A DNA stretch of 60,111 bases from Chara braunii (GCA_003427395.1 BFEA01000008.1:92317-152427); one strand, 5' to 3'. Shown: positions 37,346-51,288, counted from the first letter of the stretch. Program-made: numbers and translations. The notes: a model not told the origin generated them from the sequence alone.

Positions 37346-38302
37346 GTCGGGGTCAAATGCATCCTGGGCAGATTATCGGGGTCAAATGCATCCTGAGCAG
37401 ATTGTCGGGGTCAAATGCATCCTGAGCAGATTGTCCAAGGTTCATCCTCCGACAGGTTAGTAATAGTCCGACAACAAAAAAAAAAACAGTCTGGCGCAAT
37501 CGCTGTCTGTCTCTCTCGTTCGCTTGCTTCTACCTACAGGCGCCTGTTATTCCCCCCCTTCTGTGCGTCTTCTTTCTTTCCACTTTGCACTCTCTTCCCT
37601 CCTACGACTACAGTCTTCCCCCGCACTCTCTCCCTTCCTTCGACTACCGTCTTCCCCCGAATACACCCTACGGTCATTATAGCTGAATTTGGGGTATCTT
37701 TCACCGAATACACCCTACGGTCATTATAGCTGAATTTGCGGTATCTTTCACTCTAAAATGCCGCTATAATGACCGTGCGTTGTATTCGGGGGAAGAACGT
37801 AGCCGCACCTTCCTCCTATGATCCTATCCCGTACGCAATTGCTAATTGCTCGTTGAACTTCGTTCTCTGCACTGTGCTCTTCCCGAAGCTCAACGCAATT
37901 GCTCGTTCGTCGTCTGCAATGTCCTTCCCCCATGCGTCTTTTCCCCCCGCTCACAGTCTCACTTGCTCCGCGCGCTATCGCCTCTTTCATCTGCCTGCAT
38001 TCTCTCCTTAACGCTCTCGCTCACCTGCTGGACTAAGGACAAACGTTTTCATAGCTCCCAGCGAAACCGCAGTGGAACCAAATCACAACATGACCCGCCA
38101 CGCATGCTTTCGATCCCAAGATCGGGCCACAGAGCACATAACAGTCTAACGCACATATTATTCCTTCGAGTCAGACGGATGGTGTAATAACTCAGCCTCA
38201 CGGGCCAGAGGCCCGGCAGGCCGTGAAAGCATAACGTATCGCACAAGATTCCACCTTCACATCACCACGCGATTGCCTTCTTCTGCGCGTTGATAACTAA
38301 CT

Positions 38303-38577
38303 CCCCTTTCTCTCTTTGTGTGTTTCTCCCCTTCTTCTTCCCCGTCTTCCACTACCGGTAGCACCAGCACTGCCCAGGGCCGCCTCCATGGCATTGCGCT
38401 TCCCTCCTTCGTCATATCGGCAGGAATGCGCATTGCTGCTCCCCTTTCTCTCTCTCTGTGTCTCTCCTCTTCTTCTTCCCCGTCTTCCACTACCGGTAGC
38501 ACCAGCACTGTCCAGGGCCTTCTCCATGGCATTGCACTTCCCTCCTTCGTTATATCGGCAGGAATGCGCATTGCTGC
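38303..38577. repeat. 138-bp tandem duplication
   Basis: cccctttctctct...ggcaggaatgcgcattgctgc occurs twice. Confidence 0.92.
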
Positions 38578-39170
38578 AAGTGGCCAACAGCCTTCTAGCG
38601 CCTCCTCACTAATCAACTCGAATCTCCCACTGTCAGCTTATCCTTTCCATCGCTCTTCCTTTCACGACGCCCGGGAGCAATGTCACCGACAAACAGACAA
38701 AGTTTAACGAACAATGATAGTAAGAGTAATAAAAATGTGTAATAAATGTAATAAATGTGTAATAAATCATGTGTAATGATAGTAATAGTAATAATAATAA
38801 TGTGAACAAGTTATGTTTCCAGTCGGATTAAAAAAAAAAAAGTATCACGGAGGGTTGTGCATTGTATTCGGAGGAAGGTCGCACTTCAGCGATGATGGCG
38901 ACGAACAATACCATACCTCCTGACTCTTTTCCCCAGAGTCTCCACTTTACTCCCTCCTTATTACTATCTCACACAGACTCCCACTCCTCATCTAATCGGC
39001 TTTCTATCCTCACCTCCTTCGTTTTTCTCCCTTCTCCTCCTTCGTTGTTCTCGCTTCTCCTCCTTCGTTGTTCTCCCTTCTCCTCCTTCGTTTCTCTTCC
39101 TCCCTCTCTTCTTTTTCCTTTTCTCTCTCGTCTTCTCAATTCACCAGTTCTTTACCGCACGTGTGTACTT

Positions 39171-39259
39171 CTTTTTTTTTTTTTTTTTTCTTTGGGACCA
39201 TTTCTCGATTTATGTGTGTCATCCTTGCGCAAGTACGCGATCCGTTAAAACTGGAACGA
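39171..39259 (-). pseudogene. U6: U6 snRNA retrocopy: 3' part with poly(A), plus an inverted 5' fragment
   Basis: Minus strand tgcgcaaggatgacacacataaatcgagaaatggtccc plus an A-tail; plus strand atccgttaaaactggaacga (39240-39259) matches the U6 5' region; flanking repeat GTGTACTT. Confidence 0.85.
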
Positions 39260-39579
39260 CACGTGTACTTTTTCCTTCCCCGCACACTTTCCTTCCCTCA
39301 TTGCGCGCCTGCTTCCCCTTGCAACACTAACACTGTCCGCCTTTCCCGCGCATCGACTATCTCCATTCCGCAGTTACTCTCCCTCATCAAGTGGTCGCCC
39401 TCTTCTTTTTTTTTTTTCTTTTTGTTTTCAACTGCGTGATGGCTTTCTTCTTCCGTGCTCGTATATATTCGTCCTCGTTTTCTGCCCGCGCGTCCAGTCA
39501 GTCTGCCAGTTTGCTAATCATGAATCTTCCCCGGATCATGGGCGGATTCTTTATGTGAAATATATTTATGATAAAAAAT

Positions 39580-39788
39580 GGGGTAACTTCAGTAGAGTCA
39601 CAAAAACGAGTTATAATTCCACTACTACGGGGCAAGAAGATACAGTTTGCAATAATTGCACTTCGGGCACCCTACCTGGCCAGAAAACTGGGTTGTATAC
39701 ATTACCCGAACCGAACTGCAATTCGAAACTGTATCTTGCCCACTAGTGCAATTAGAACTCATTTTTGTGAGTCCCGCGTAGTTTCCCC
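39580..39788. mobile_element. Palindromic MITE (same family as 22486-22771, opposite orientation)
   Basis: GGGGTAACT...AGTTTCCCC ends with long TIRs. Confidence 0.88.
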
Positions 39789-41149
39789 TATAACGGTTTA
39801 ACTTCAGTAGAGTCAATTGAGTCATTTCTTTCCCTCTACGCGCCTTCTTCTTTTCTCCTCTCTCCCCTCCTACAGTAGTGACTGTCCTACTTCTCCTTCC
39901 TCTTGTCGTTGTGTTCTTCTTCTTCTTCGTCGTCGTCGTCGTTCTTCCCGTCGTAGTAGTTGTTGCCCGAGTGTTCGAAGACTCGAAGTCCTCGAAGTCG
40001 TCAGAGTGTCTTTAGTCGTTGCTGCAGCCACTGTAGTAGTCGTTCTCGTGGTCGTTCCAACTCCCACAGTCAAAATACCTTCCCGTCTGGGATATCTTTC
40101 TCGACGTCTTCCTGATCAGGTATTCCAACTTCGTCCTCCACGATCGCCGAATTCTTTTTTTTTTTTTTTTTTTTTTTTTTTGTGGGCGAGGGGGGGGGGG
40201 TCCGATGGACCACGGATCAGCTATTAAACTTATCAGAACGGATACTTCACTTGATCTTACTTAGCCAACAGGCCGAGAAAGGTATTCGCCGCATTCTACC
40301 CCCGCAGTCACTGACCCGCTCTCTCTCTCTTCGCGCGCTCCTCTTCCTTCCTGCTGAGCGCATTCATCTTCGCCCTCCGCGCGCGCGCAACCTCTATCGT
40401 GCTATATCGTCTTCATTCCCCAAAGCTTGTCCGTTATCATGATCTCTCTTGCATTCCCTGCGTTCTATGTTGTTCGTCATCGTCGCTCGTGTGCGCACGT
40501 TTATGTCGTGCTTTTTTTTATCGCCTCGGTTTGACCGCGCGTTTTTTCTTATCGTCGTTCGGTCCTCATCTCTTTCCTCCCACTGCAAAAACTCCTCCTC
40601 TTCACGCTATCGCACCTCGTGAGCTCGTTGCTCTCGCAGTTCACCCATTTGCGCCACTTCCTTTTTTTTTTTTTTTTTTTTTTTTCGCGCCGCGCCACAT
40701 TGACTTCTGCGCGCTCGCGCTTGCGCTTGCGCCCTTCTCCTTCGCACTCGTGCTCTCTCCCCCTCTCGACCGACCTCACGGTCGAGATTCCCACCAAGCT
40801 GGTAGGTGGTGAGATCACGATCAGCAGTTACTATGCAATTCGGCGGCGAAGTCTTTTTTTGTTTTTTGTTTTTTTTTCGTTCGAATGAGTCTGTTGTGAA
40901 TTCCACGACAGATTCACCAAAGGAAATCGATTGAAAGTAACCAGGGGATGAAAGAGAAAACCAAATTAAAGCAAAAATAAAAGAATAAGAATATAGCGGG
41001 ACAAAAGAAAAAGAATCTATCTAACACTACCGCATAATGACAACTGTCACTCACTAGATCTTTTGAGAAAGAAAAAAGAAAAAGAAAAAAGAAAAAAAAA
41101 CGCTCTACTCTTCCTGGAGGAAAGGCGGCTTGATGATGGGCAGGTGGGG

Positions 41150-44100
41150 CAGCTTTATGGACTCACAAGATACACGAATGTATATAGATCAGAGTGAGGA
41201 CGACATAGCCCATACGATAGAGGACGTGGCTGCAAAAAAGGGATCTTGGCTATCGCGGCCCTCTGATAGCTTTTTCAACTTTGCCTTCAAGACCGGGTTG
41301 AGGAGGTGATCTATAAACCAGTCTCCAGAAGCATTCCTTTCCCGTCCAGACTTGTCCAAAGCTGTTTGAAATAGATCTACATGGTCTGGCAACAGTTCTC
41401 CTGGTTCTTGAGGGAGCTTTTTCAGCACAAACAGTGCAGTGTCCTCACTCACCTCCATCTTGCTAAGAAATAGGTTTTAAAAGTGGCCCAATCTACCCAC
41501 GTATGGAGCTTAAACCAATCATGAGCTGAAGTTCTTACAAGCAGTGTGTAGGTTTTAAAAGTGGCCCCATCTACCCACGTATGGCGCTTAAGCCAATCAT
41601 GAGCTGAAGTTCTTACAAGCAGTGTGATCACTCGAGGAAAATCAGCCACGTCATAGCCCTGGGCTTCCACAGCCTCGAGCCATGCCTTGGGAGGGGTGTG
41701 GTTAGGGTAGAATGGAAAGGTGGTTGGAATGCCAACCGTTACCCGGGGAGCAAGAACATTAGCCTTGCCCATGGCTGCCCCCCCTCTTGCCTCTGCGGAT
41801 CTATTTCAAGTGACAGGAGGACTTCTTTGGTTCGAACGAGCCAGTGTTCGTCCTTTCGCCAGCTCGTCTCACTACTACCAAAACGGCAAATGTTGGTTCC
41901 GATACCAACTTCACGCTCTGTGTTATCTTCAGTCGGAGTGACTAAAAATGCGGAACAGGCCCTGACAGAACAGGAATCTCCCGTATGGTCGTTGTGCTAA
42001 GGATTTTTTAGAAAATTGAGTGTGGAGGCCCCGACAGAACAGGAATCTCCCGTATGGTCGTTGTTTTAGCGAGAAATGGTCATCGCCACGTGGGAAGGAG
42101 ACAGATGTGCGCGACTTTCAAACGTTCATCTAATCCAAAAAATATCTATAAACCTCCATGCTAACTACTCGACGTAGTTTCGCGCAAAAAGGTGGGGGTA
42201 CGCATGTGGGATCTCATTTTCGAATTAAGTCATGGCGCCGCTCGCTGCAGAGGTCAAAATCCAATGTGGAAGGCCGCAGTTTGCGGTGGTTGCTTTTTCC
42301 TTGTACTCGTCCTTGCCATGTGTCTGGTAGTGGAACCCCTTTTCCCCACAACGCTCGTGCGATGGCAATCGCTGCAGAGAGTGTTGAGCCAATGCGGTGC
42401 CACTGTCGTCCACGAGATGACAATCAACTCGTTGAAAGGCAATAATAACGAATAAGACGCAAAATGATTACCAACGATGACAAAATCAGCCCCTACAAAT
42501 CCTGAACACCTTGTTTCGGGAGGAAAATAATACGGTTCTCCGATCTTTGCGATGGCTTCTTGTATGTCTCACTCACATACACGTGTTATTTCCTCGTTAT
42601 ACAGAAATTGACGTAATGGATGTACGAGAAGTCGGCGCCCATTCGGATTCGCCTGATCAGTCCACATGGCATACGCTAACTAGAGGCGTGAGTTCATGCA
42701 GTCCGGCATTCGATCCAATCAAAGAGAAATACTATTATCTATCATTCATTCGGCAGAGTGAGAAACTGAAGTTAATCATGCATTAAAAAAATCAAATCAC
42801 ATCCAAGTTTTAATTTGTCCCTGTTATCAAAACAACAGCTCAACCAATGTATGTAGAAAAACGCCTCTCTCCCAACTTGTTCATGTGCTCGAATGAGTAC
42901 GCCCGACGAGTTGTGAGCATCAAAGACAAGTAGGGGCAAAAGATCACGCATGCATCAATCATCATCATCATAAACACGCATCATTCATCACGCACAGAGG
43001 AGTAGCAGGGGAAAAGAACAAGATCACTCGAGCTCACTCGCCTTTTAAATTCAACGATGTCCGTTCCCACGAGAGGACATTTGGGATAAGCATACGTTCT
43101 ACGGATGGCCCTTTAAGCCATTGTACTTCCCCGATAAGGACTTCAACAACTACATGCAGATCAACGTGAACGAGAATAGGAAGGACAAGTCGGCCCCTCC
43201 TCGGGCTCAACGCAGTCAATGATATACATTCGGCATGAGTGAAATAACTTGAAGCGCCCTCATGCTGTCAATGGTAATATCAAGTTCAAGAAGGATTTGG
43301 CTACTAAATATGAAGAATTTCATAAAGTCGCCTTGAGAAAAACTCCTTACTTCAACCTTTGGGGGTTGGCTAATGACAACAAAAAAAAAGGAATGGACAG
43401 AGAAACTTCGGTACTATTTGCTTTTGGTTATGACGGACAAAAAAACGTAGAAGCTTGGTATGAAGTTCTACTGTGAATGGCAGAAGGGTCATTTTTTCGC
43501 CCCTGATGGCGCTGTCGAGCACATTGGTCCCACAGGGGAACCCTCCCGCCCGCATCACGCAGGATTTTGCAGGACTTTTATCGCAGTGGAGCATTCACCG
43601 CCCCGGGCGAGTGCGCCAACCACACCTCTCGTGAACCCCTACCACAAGGCAAGGGTCACACAAGGCACAGCTTACCTATGCCCAAGGGGCTATCACCACC
43701 CTTGGACATGCATATCCCCATCGAGCTACCGAACCACATGCGAAAGCTTCTCGAGTGCAACCGCAGAGGTGGCCCTGCGGGGGTGTTTCTCGTGTAATGT
43801 AGCATATGGGGTACACGTTGCCGAACGCCTGAATTGAATCCGTACGAGAGTCGATGCTCTAGGGAGTGATCTTCCAAGCTCGACCTTGTGTCGGTCGACT
43901 ACGACAGTTCATCCTACGCTACCGAGCGTACACGTACGGGTCCTTTCCGTATGAAACGTATAGATAAAATATGTACGGGAATCTGTACGTCTTGTATGCC
44001 CCCGTACGAGAGAAAAAACAAAATCATCAAAAAAAATTGTAAAACAAATATGTGTTATAACAGCACAAAACAAGCACAATTGGCAGAGCATCATCTGCAG

Positions 44101-45243
44101 ATTCTTATTCGAATTTGAGGGGGGGGGGAGGAGTCGTACGGGTCCTTAGCGTACAAGTACAGGAGATTTCGTACTCGTACGAGGGTACGTACAAATCACA
44201 ACGTAGGGTTCATCTTACCACTCAACACACCTCGCCAAAACTAAAACCAAACTTCAAACGTAAATTGCACCTAGTCTATTTTCATATCCGACCCATAACC
44301 TTTTGACAATGGAAAATAACGAGTATCGCGCGTGAGACTCTGTATAAATATCACAGCGGCATAGACCCTCTCATATCGATTGGTTATGCATGAACACACA
44401 AGTAGTAGCGATGACGGTGTACTATGTGATACCCATAGCTAGATGATCCTTTATAAAACAGAAGGTCGCTTTCGACACTCAAGTGTTGGATGACACGCGT
44501 CTTGAGAAGATAATCTCTCGGCGTTAGATAATTGCGAGTGCGATTTCGAGACCTACTCTCTTCTGCACCTTACGCAGATGAGTGGTAGGCATGCTTTGCC
44601 CCTTTGAGGCAGTCAAACGTCTCTGACCCGATGAGCGGGGTTCTATCATCGAAGTGCTTAAAACAGGTGAAGAAGATTAACCTTGACACCCATCACGAAC
44701 CTGAACGTCCAACTATAAAAGCATAAAGAGCAGAAATAAAATAGGATATCCCTTTTCTCTCGATTTCAATCCATTTAATCAATACGCACGAGGAAGATCG
44801 ACCGAGCGGATCCACAATGCATACATAATAGAGAACACGGGGCGATCAGTCTCACAATCAACAGTGAGATTTCCTTCAAAATATACACATGATTGTGGAC
44901 GAAGCCAATCAAGACTTCAACTCACAAAACATACCTGCAATCTCATAATAGATTCAACATCAGCATACCATGCACTACACGGGCTTAACTTCAACCACTC
45001 CATGCACTCATACCCCTTTCCTTATCGACGCAAGCCCGAACTTCTGTCCGACCTTCTCAAAGAAAACACTCGGTCCTTTTTAAATGACTATTTAATAAAA
45101 GTTCGGGTAAAAATCGAAGAAGCTATTCAATCCACCGGGGCTAAGGCCTTAGGATGAATCGGGAGAATGAGTTGAAATTGAATCGTAAAACGACCTATTA
45201 TAAAAAAATAACAAAAGATGATCCTCGTAGGATCGGGCTGACA
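41150..45243 (-). mobile_element. Atypical retroelement, copy 3 (ORF0, PBS, truncated and rearranged gag)
   Basis: gag FPFYPNHTPPKAWLEAVEAQGYDVADFPRVITLL...WATFKTYFLAR...FIDHLLNPVLKAKL; PBS at ~41894-41906; ORF0 at ~42270-42670; a candidate end GCTGACA (45237-45243) matches copy 1. Outer boundary tentative. Confidence 0.75.
43914..44206. mobile_element. hAT-like MITE with CGTAC repeats
   Basis: TSD AGTTCATC / GGTTCATC (one mismatch); ends CTACG...CGTAG. Confidence 0.75.
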
Positions 45244-45409
45244 CTAGTCAAATCTGATATTGAAATGACCAAAGAAGACTTGTAACACAACACAGGTAAA
45301 TTCCCAAAACTATTTTTTTTAGCGTATGGATAATAAGCCTCTATATCACATCCCACTCAATCTTCCATAAGACGAAGTATAAATGTGTCTTTCAATGGGT
45401 GTCACAAGA

Positions 45410-46200
45410 AGGAAAATTTTGGCAGCATCTCCCCTATACGGGTTGAATCGCCAAAAAAAAAATTATTCAAATACAATCTAACTCCTAAAAAATAAGAGAA
45501 TTTTTGCAGCACTTCTTCTAGAGAAAGTTTTTTTTCAAAATTCATACTCAACTGATTATGAAATCTGAAAGTGATTTTTGACTTTACAGAGTTGAAAATT
45601 AATGTGACTCTCTGAATTAGTTTATAATTTAGGCAGCCTCTCATTTAAAGAAGTCGGTTTCCTTAATTTATACGGTTTTTATACCAAGTCAAATATGAAT
45701 TCAGGATAAATCTTGGATTCTATCAAGACAAAATTTAACTAACTCTTTACATTTGTAAAATTTTTGGCAACACTACCCATAAAAAAAATATCTTTCCAAA
45801 ATTTACACAATACTAAACATAAATTCTTAAAACTATTTTGACTTACAAAGTTAAAATTTAACTAACTCTTTACATTTATAGAAATTTTGGCAGCACTTCC
45901 CCTAAAAAAAATATCTTTCCAAAATTTATACAATGCTAAATACAAATTCTGAAAATTATTATCACTTTACAAAATTAAATTTTGTCTAACTCTCTGACCT
46001 AACTCCCTTGTTTAACAGAACTTTTGACAGCACCTCACATAAAAAGTAGGTTTTTTAAATTTTTACTAAATTAGATATGAAACTCAAACAAAAGTCAAAA
46101 TTTATAAAAACAAAATTTGACGAACCCCTGAGATTTGCAGAAATTTTGGCAGCACCTACCTTAGCAAAAACAACTTCCCCGAATTTATACAAAGCTATGT
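45410..46200. repeat. Degenerate AT-rich tandem repeat, ~120-135-bp period
   Basis: aaattttggcagcac-like motif at ~45415, 45500, 45760, 45882, 46020 and 46141. Confidence 0.75.
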
Positions 46201-48189
46201 ATGAGAAAATAAAATTTATTATACAAAGCTATGTATGAGAAAATTAACTTACTCAAAAAATGCATTAATTGAATTAACTCATATAGCTCCAACATACGGC
46301 GAGCATCTAAAGCAACTACCTATCAAAGCTTAGACCCGGCATAAAGTAGAGGTCACACTTAATCACATACAAGTCCATACCACAATGTTTAAGTACTCTC
46401 ACAAAAAATCCAAAGTTATTTTTATATATGGTCGCTCATTGATCGTTTAGATGATTAACCATTTACCCATGTTACATATGGCATGGTGCTAGACCATTCT
46501 GCTCAAAAACAATGCCTAGCATGCCTTAGATTATGCACGAACAGGTTGCACAACTGCTTCTCTCTTCTTTGGTTTATGTGACTAGACCATTGTGCTTAAA
46601 AACAATACCTAACCGCTTCAAGTTGTTCCTAAGTTTAATAATTTTCTAACTTTCGCTCTAATATTGGCAGGGGACTGAACCATTTAGCTTAGAAATAATG
46701 CTCAATTTGCCCAATTTACTTTCAATTATACTCTTGATTTTGTTCTTCTTCTCAGTAATATGGCTTAAGTTGAACCATTCTACTTAGAAACAATGTCTCG
46801 TTGTCTGTTTACACGCAAATATACATAAAGTGTTTTTTTTTTTTTTTTTTTTTTTAGGTATCGGGGCCATTACCCGGTTTTGACTTTTGAGAGTATCCTC
46901 CAAGATCATGAACAAGTTACTGAAAATCGGAATAGATGATGAGAAAAAAACATTTTTTTTTTTACGATCGCTAAACACCTCGTGAAATTCACTGCAATTT
47001 TTCAAACACTCAAGTATCTAAGGGATTTCTAACAGATTATAACAAAGTTCACCAAAACTAACGTATTCTCTGACAAACTCGTCCAGGCCCCATGCCCCCA
47101 ATCTGCTAGGTTACAGACCAACGTGACTTACTCCAGCTTCGACCAGTGTGGTCCTGGGTGAGCAACCCCCAGTTGTTGCTTAGGATGCACATGCATAGCA
47201 TCCCCAAATCTCTCTACAAGGCCTCATGCCCTCATCTTCAGCAAGTTACAAGGCATCACCCCAGCTCTGGCCAGCGTCGTTCTAACATGGAACAACCACG
47301 GATCTTGAATATAACAGTTTAATTTCAGTGCAGCTTTGTTCAAACCACAAACAGTCCCTAAAAATCTTGAGAGATGTTTCAAATTGCCAAAAATAACAAG
47401 GGTGTTTGTTTTGAAAATTCCAAAATGAATCGGAAAAATTTTCAACCAAATACAAGGAAATGATATAAAAATGCCCCCCCTTTCCTTCTCATCCCCCTGC
47501 CTGCTCGTTGCCTCTACCAGAATAGAGCATCCACCAAAATCTGCCCCGTCTCCCTTCAAGGCAATCACCTCCCTCCTTGTGAATCCCTTGCAGAGTAGAG
47601 CTCTCCCCCTCATAACCAACCTACCACCCCACCAAAAGTAATTTGTTTACGCTTGAGAGGAGAATCATAATTCTGGACGTTGTTGTGGATTATTTTCTCC
47701 CTTGCCCCTACATCTCCCATTGTCCCTCCAATGTCTCTTGGAAAAAGGACTGCCTTGATCACAAGTTCTCCTTATCGGCCCCAACTTGGGACATACCTGC
47801 TTCCTTCCCCTACTTCCACTAAGGCATACAATTTCACCCAAAGTATGCCTCAGCAAACACCTCACCCCTATCTGCCTCCGCTGGAATATTATGCCAACCC
47901 ATACATCTCTCCCAACCCCAGAATAGGGCATCCCCCCAAAATATATCGCCATTCCCTTCAGGGCATTTCAACCCCCACCTTGTGAAGCCCCTGTAGAGTG
48001 GGACTCTCCTCCTTAAAACCCCAACCCCCCAACCGTATAAAAATAATGCATTAGTTCGCCCATAGGGGATTCCGAATCAGAAATTCATAATGAAGAAAAG
48101 AAAAAACAAGGAGTTTAGGAAATATAATTCCTCAGATATGAGCGGAAGAATCGAAAATTTCTGAAAATTATGATGGAGAAAGGTAGATG

Positions 48190-49010
48190 AGATTTTTTTT
48201 GGATTTGGTGATGACGATGAACAACACCTTGAAGATGATGAGGATGAGGATGATGGTGACGACCAACTCACCTGTTGATGTGAAAGGCAAACAATGCCTT
48301 AAACAGCAACATCTAATGATGACAAATTATGATGATGATGATAGTAATGATGGAAATGAAGACAGAATGATGATGCTGATCATACTGAAGAGGAGCATCA
48401 ACAACGCCCTATTATTTAAAAACATGATGATGATGATGATGGTGATGATATCATCATCATCATCATGTCGATGTCGATGATGATGATGATGATGATGATG
48501 ATGACAAACAGTGCCCTGTGATGACAAAAGGAAAATGATGGTGCTAATGGCGAGCACCTTTGATGATAACCTAATGATGATGATGATAAGGGTGAGCAGC
48601 TCCCTATGACGACGAGCTTTGCCAACAACGCCCTATGATGATGAACTATTGATGATGGTAAATGATACTGACATAATAATAATAATAATAATAATGATAA
48701 AGAGAAGCCCCAACGCCCCCCTTAAGAAGAGGAATTGATGATGATCATCATCATGAAGACCAGTGTCGATACTGGCGCGACCTACGCCTTGATGTTGATG
48801 ACGAGCGCTACCCTGATGATGATGATGGTGATGACGAGCAACACTCTGATGATGATGACAAACCATTACCGTGATGATGATGTCGAACCACGCCCTGTTG
48901 ACGAGGATGGTGATGATGATGATGATGACGAACCATTACTGTGATGATGGTGCCGAACCGCTCCCTGTTGATGATGGTGTTTGTGATGATCAGCGTCCCG
49001 TTGCTGATGA
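48190..49010. repeat. Degenerate (GAT)n low-complexity region
   Basis: Direct reading; stops interrupt every frame. Confidence 0.9.
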
Positions 49011-49869
49011 CAAGCAGTGCCCTCATTATAATCACACACCCACTTCCTCATGATTGCAGCCGCCACTGCACCCACACTTCAGTTTACCAAGGGCTGATCT
49101 TATTGTACTCCACAAGCGTCAACGTAGCCAACGCCTCTCAGGCCATATACCACGTGCAAAAACGCAGCAAGAATGCAGCGAAACGTGGAACTCCCAAAAA
49201 AAAAAAAAACAACAAGAGTTAATCCATCCGCGGATGATCCGCCACATTAGCTTGTGACGTGGCATGGACAAGCGCCTCCGGTCACCTGCGCTTGCGCAAA
49301 GCGCCTGGTTTAGAGAAGAGATAGTCACCATCGTCACCGCACGCCTTCACCATGGCCCATCTGTGCGATGTCGCAACCCAGGGCGAGGCGCAGCACCCCT
49401 TGTAGTTCAATGTATACTCAGTTTGCACTTATGTGTGTGGCATCAGGCTAAACCATCTGCTTAGAAACAATGTTTTGCCTTTCACCAAAATCTTCCCTCA
49501 ATTAGAAAACAATAAACTTAATCATTCTACTTAGAAACGAAGTCACACAAAAGCATGAAGTTTGATCATTTTGTCCAACTTCGGTCAGAAGCCCAATAAA
49601 AAACAGATAGACCAAGCCATTCTACTTAGAAACAATGCTTGGCCTAAAAAATCAGACATACAAGCCCTCAGAAATAAATACAACAAGCATACAATTATGC
49701 TTCACAACAATGTTTGGTCCTTCAGAAAACTGATAAGAAATATAGCATTGGGTCATTCTGCTCAGAAACAATGTCCAACCTTTGATTGAACCGGTCCAAC
49801 ACAAGCAATGCCACCTTCCTTCCAACTTCCCCCAGTTTGTCCCTTAGTCTGTTTTTTAATCAGAACAAA

Positions 49870-51288
49870 GTGAAACCGAAACTCACGTTTGCATTCCTTT
49901 CATTTGAAAAGAAACAAAGGTCATAGAGGAACGAATGCATAATCTCTCAGACAAACTAGACAGACATAATGGTAGGGGCATAGTGGGCTCACACACAAGG
50001 CAAATGAGGTATACCTGACAATTCTCTACCTCCACAACCTCGCCTAGGTTCTCGTAGAGATCTCGCAATCGACGGGGCAAACCTCCCACAGAGGCATTAG
50101 CGCAGGTTACGAGTTGCAATCCCGCCTGCGGCCTTCCTCTCGTAACCAAACAGACTAAACTGAGAGTAAGAAAGAGAGAAATAGAATCATTAAGTCTCTC
50201 AGATACAAGCAAGATGCACTCAGACTCGCGTGAGAAAATTTTGAGCCCCGCAACGGTAACCGAGAGTGCAATGAAAATGGTTACATCTCAGTCAACGCGC
50301 AGAGTTACGACCTTCTGGCAGTCTTCTAAGTCGAGATGTTAACCCCTCAGAGTCTGCAGATACTGACCACTCCCTCAAGTCACGACGTTATCCCTTTTGA
50401 TCAAACTGTCACTACGCACCATAAAACGACTATGTTCAAATAGAGCGCACCCATGTGCTCTGTTCGAGATAAGGGTAATTCGTAGTCAAGCTTTGCACAG
50501 TATTGTGCGCACAACAATCTCGCATAGCAGCAAGTTATCATAGCAATAAGCAATGCAAGATGCAATAACCCCCAGTGTAGCACAGCCAAGGCGCAAGGAC
50601 GTACAAGTCAAAACACAGCAACGCGCAGCCCCGATACACAACAAACTCAACCAAAGCAACGTGCGCACAACAAGCTTGACGATACATAGCACAAATGCAG
50701 CAAAAGGTCAAAGCATTACTTTCATAGCGACACACAGCAAAAAGTCCAACAGCCTAACTAAAAAAACAACAGCAAGCGATCTTCAAGGTTACAACCGCAG
50801 TGAGTCAAATTTCGAACACCAACCGTAGCTCCAACCTCAGTCGTATTAGTAGTTCGAATATCAGTAATCCACTGACGCTGAGGGTAACAACATTATCACG
50901 CCAAGTGCACAACAGTGGTGGTTTGGTACACATACTACTAGCATCATTCCTAACGCGCCAACCCACAAAGTAGTAGTGCATTCAACAACATTATCAGACC
51001 TCCTTCATGCACACCCAAATTAAAACTGGCGATCTTGGCTATAGGAGTTAAGTATCCCAACCGGCTATCAAGCCTCTGAACTCAGACCAGAGTTATCAAC
51101 CGTCTGGTATTTTAGTAACAAACCCGAACTGCATTTGTGCCTATCTGAGAGAGACGACATTAACCTCGCTAACACAAATAACAACACCAGGATAAAGATG
51201 GCATAACCTTAAACCACTAGTATGTGGCCCAGCTATAGGTCGCGGGCGTGTCCCGTTAACGTGCCGCATTTGGGGGGGGTCGTTCACA
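49870..51288 (-). mobile_element. Possible LTR fragment
   Basis: Minus strand begins TGTGAACGACCCCCCC, reminiscent of Gypsy LTR 5' ends; no partner LTR or TSD found. Confidence 0.3.

Noticed and set aside
37322-37436. 29-bp repeats resembling a CRISPR array
   Set aside because: Head-to-tail with no spacers, no cas genes and a eukaryotic context
39840-40830. GC/CT-rich region resembling a gene 5' end
   Set aside because: Low-complexity ORFs only, with no identifiable product
48190-49010. Acidic or His-rich protein
   Set aside because: Degenerate (GAT)n with stops in all frames
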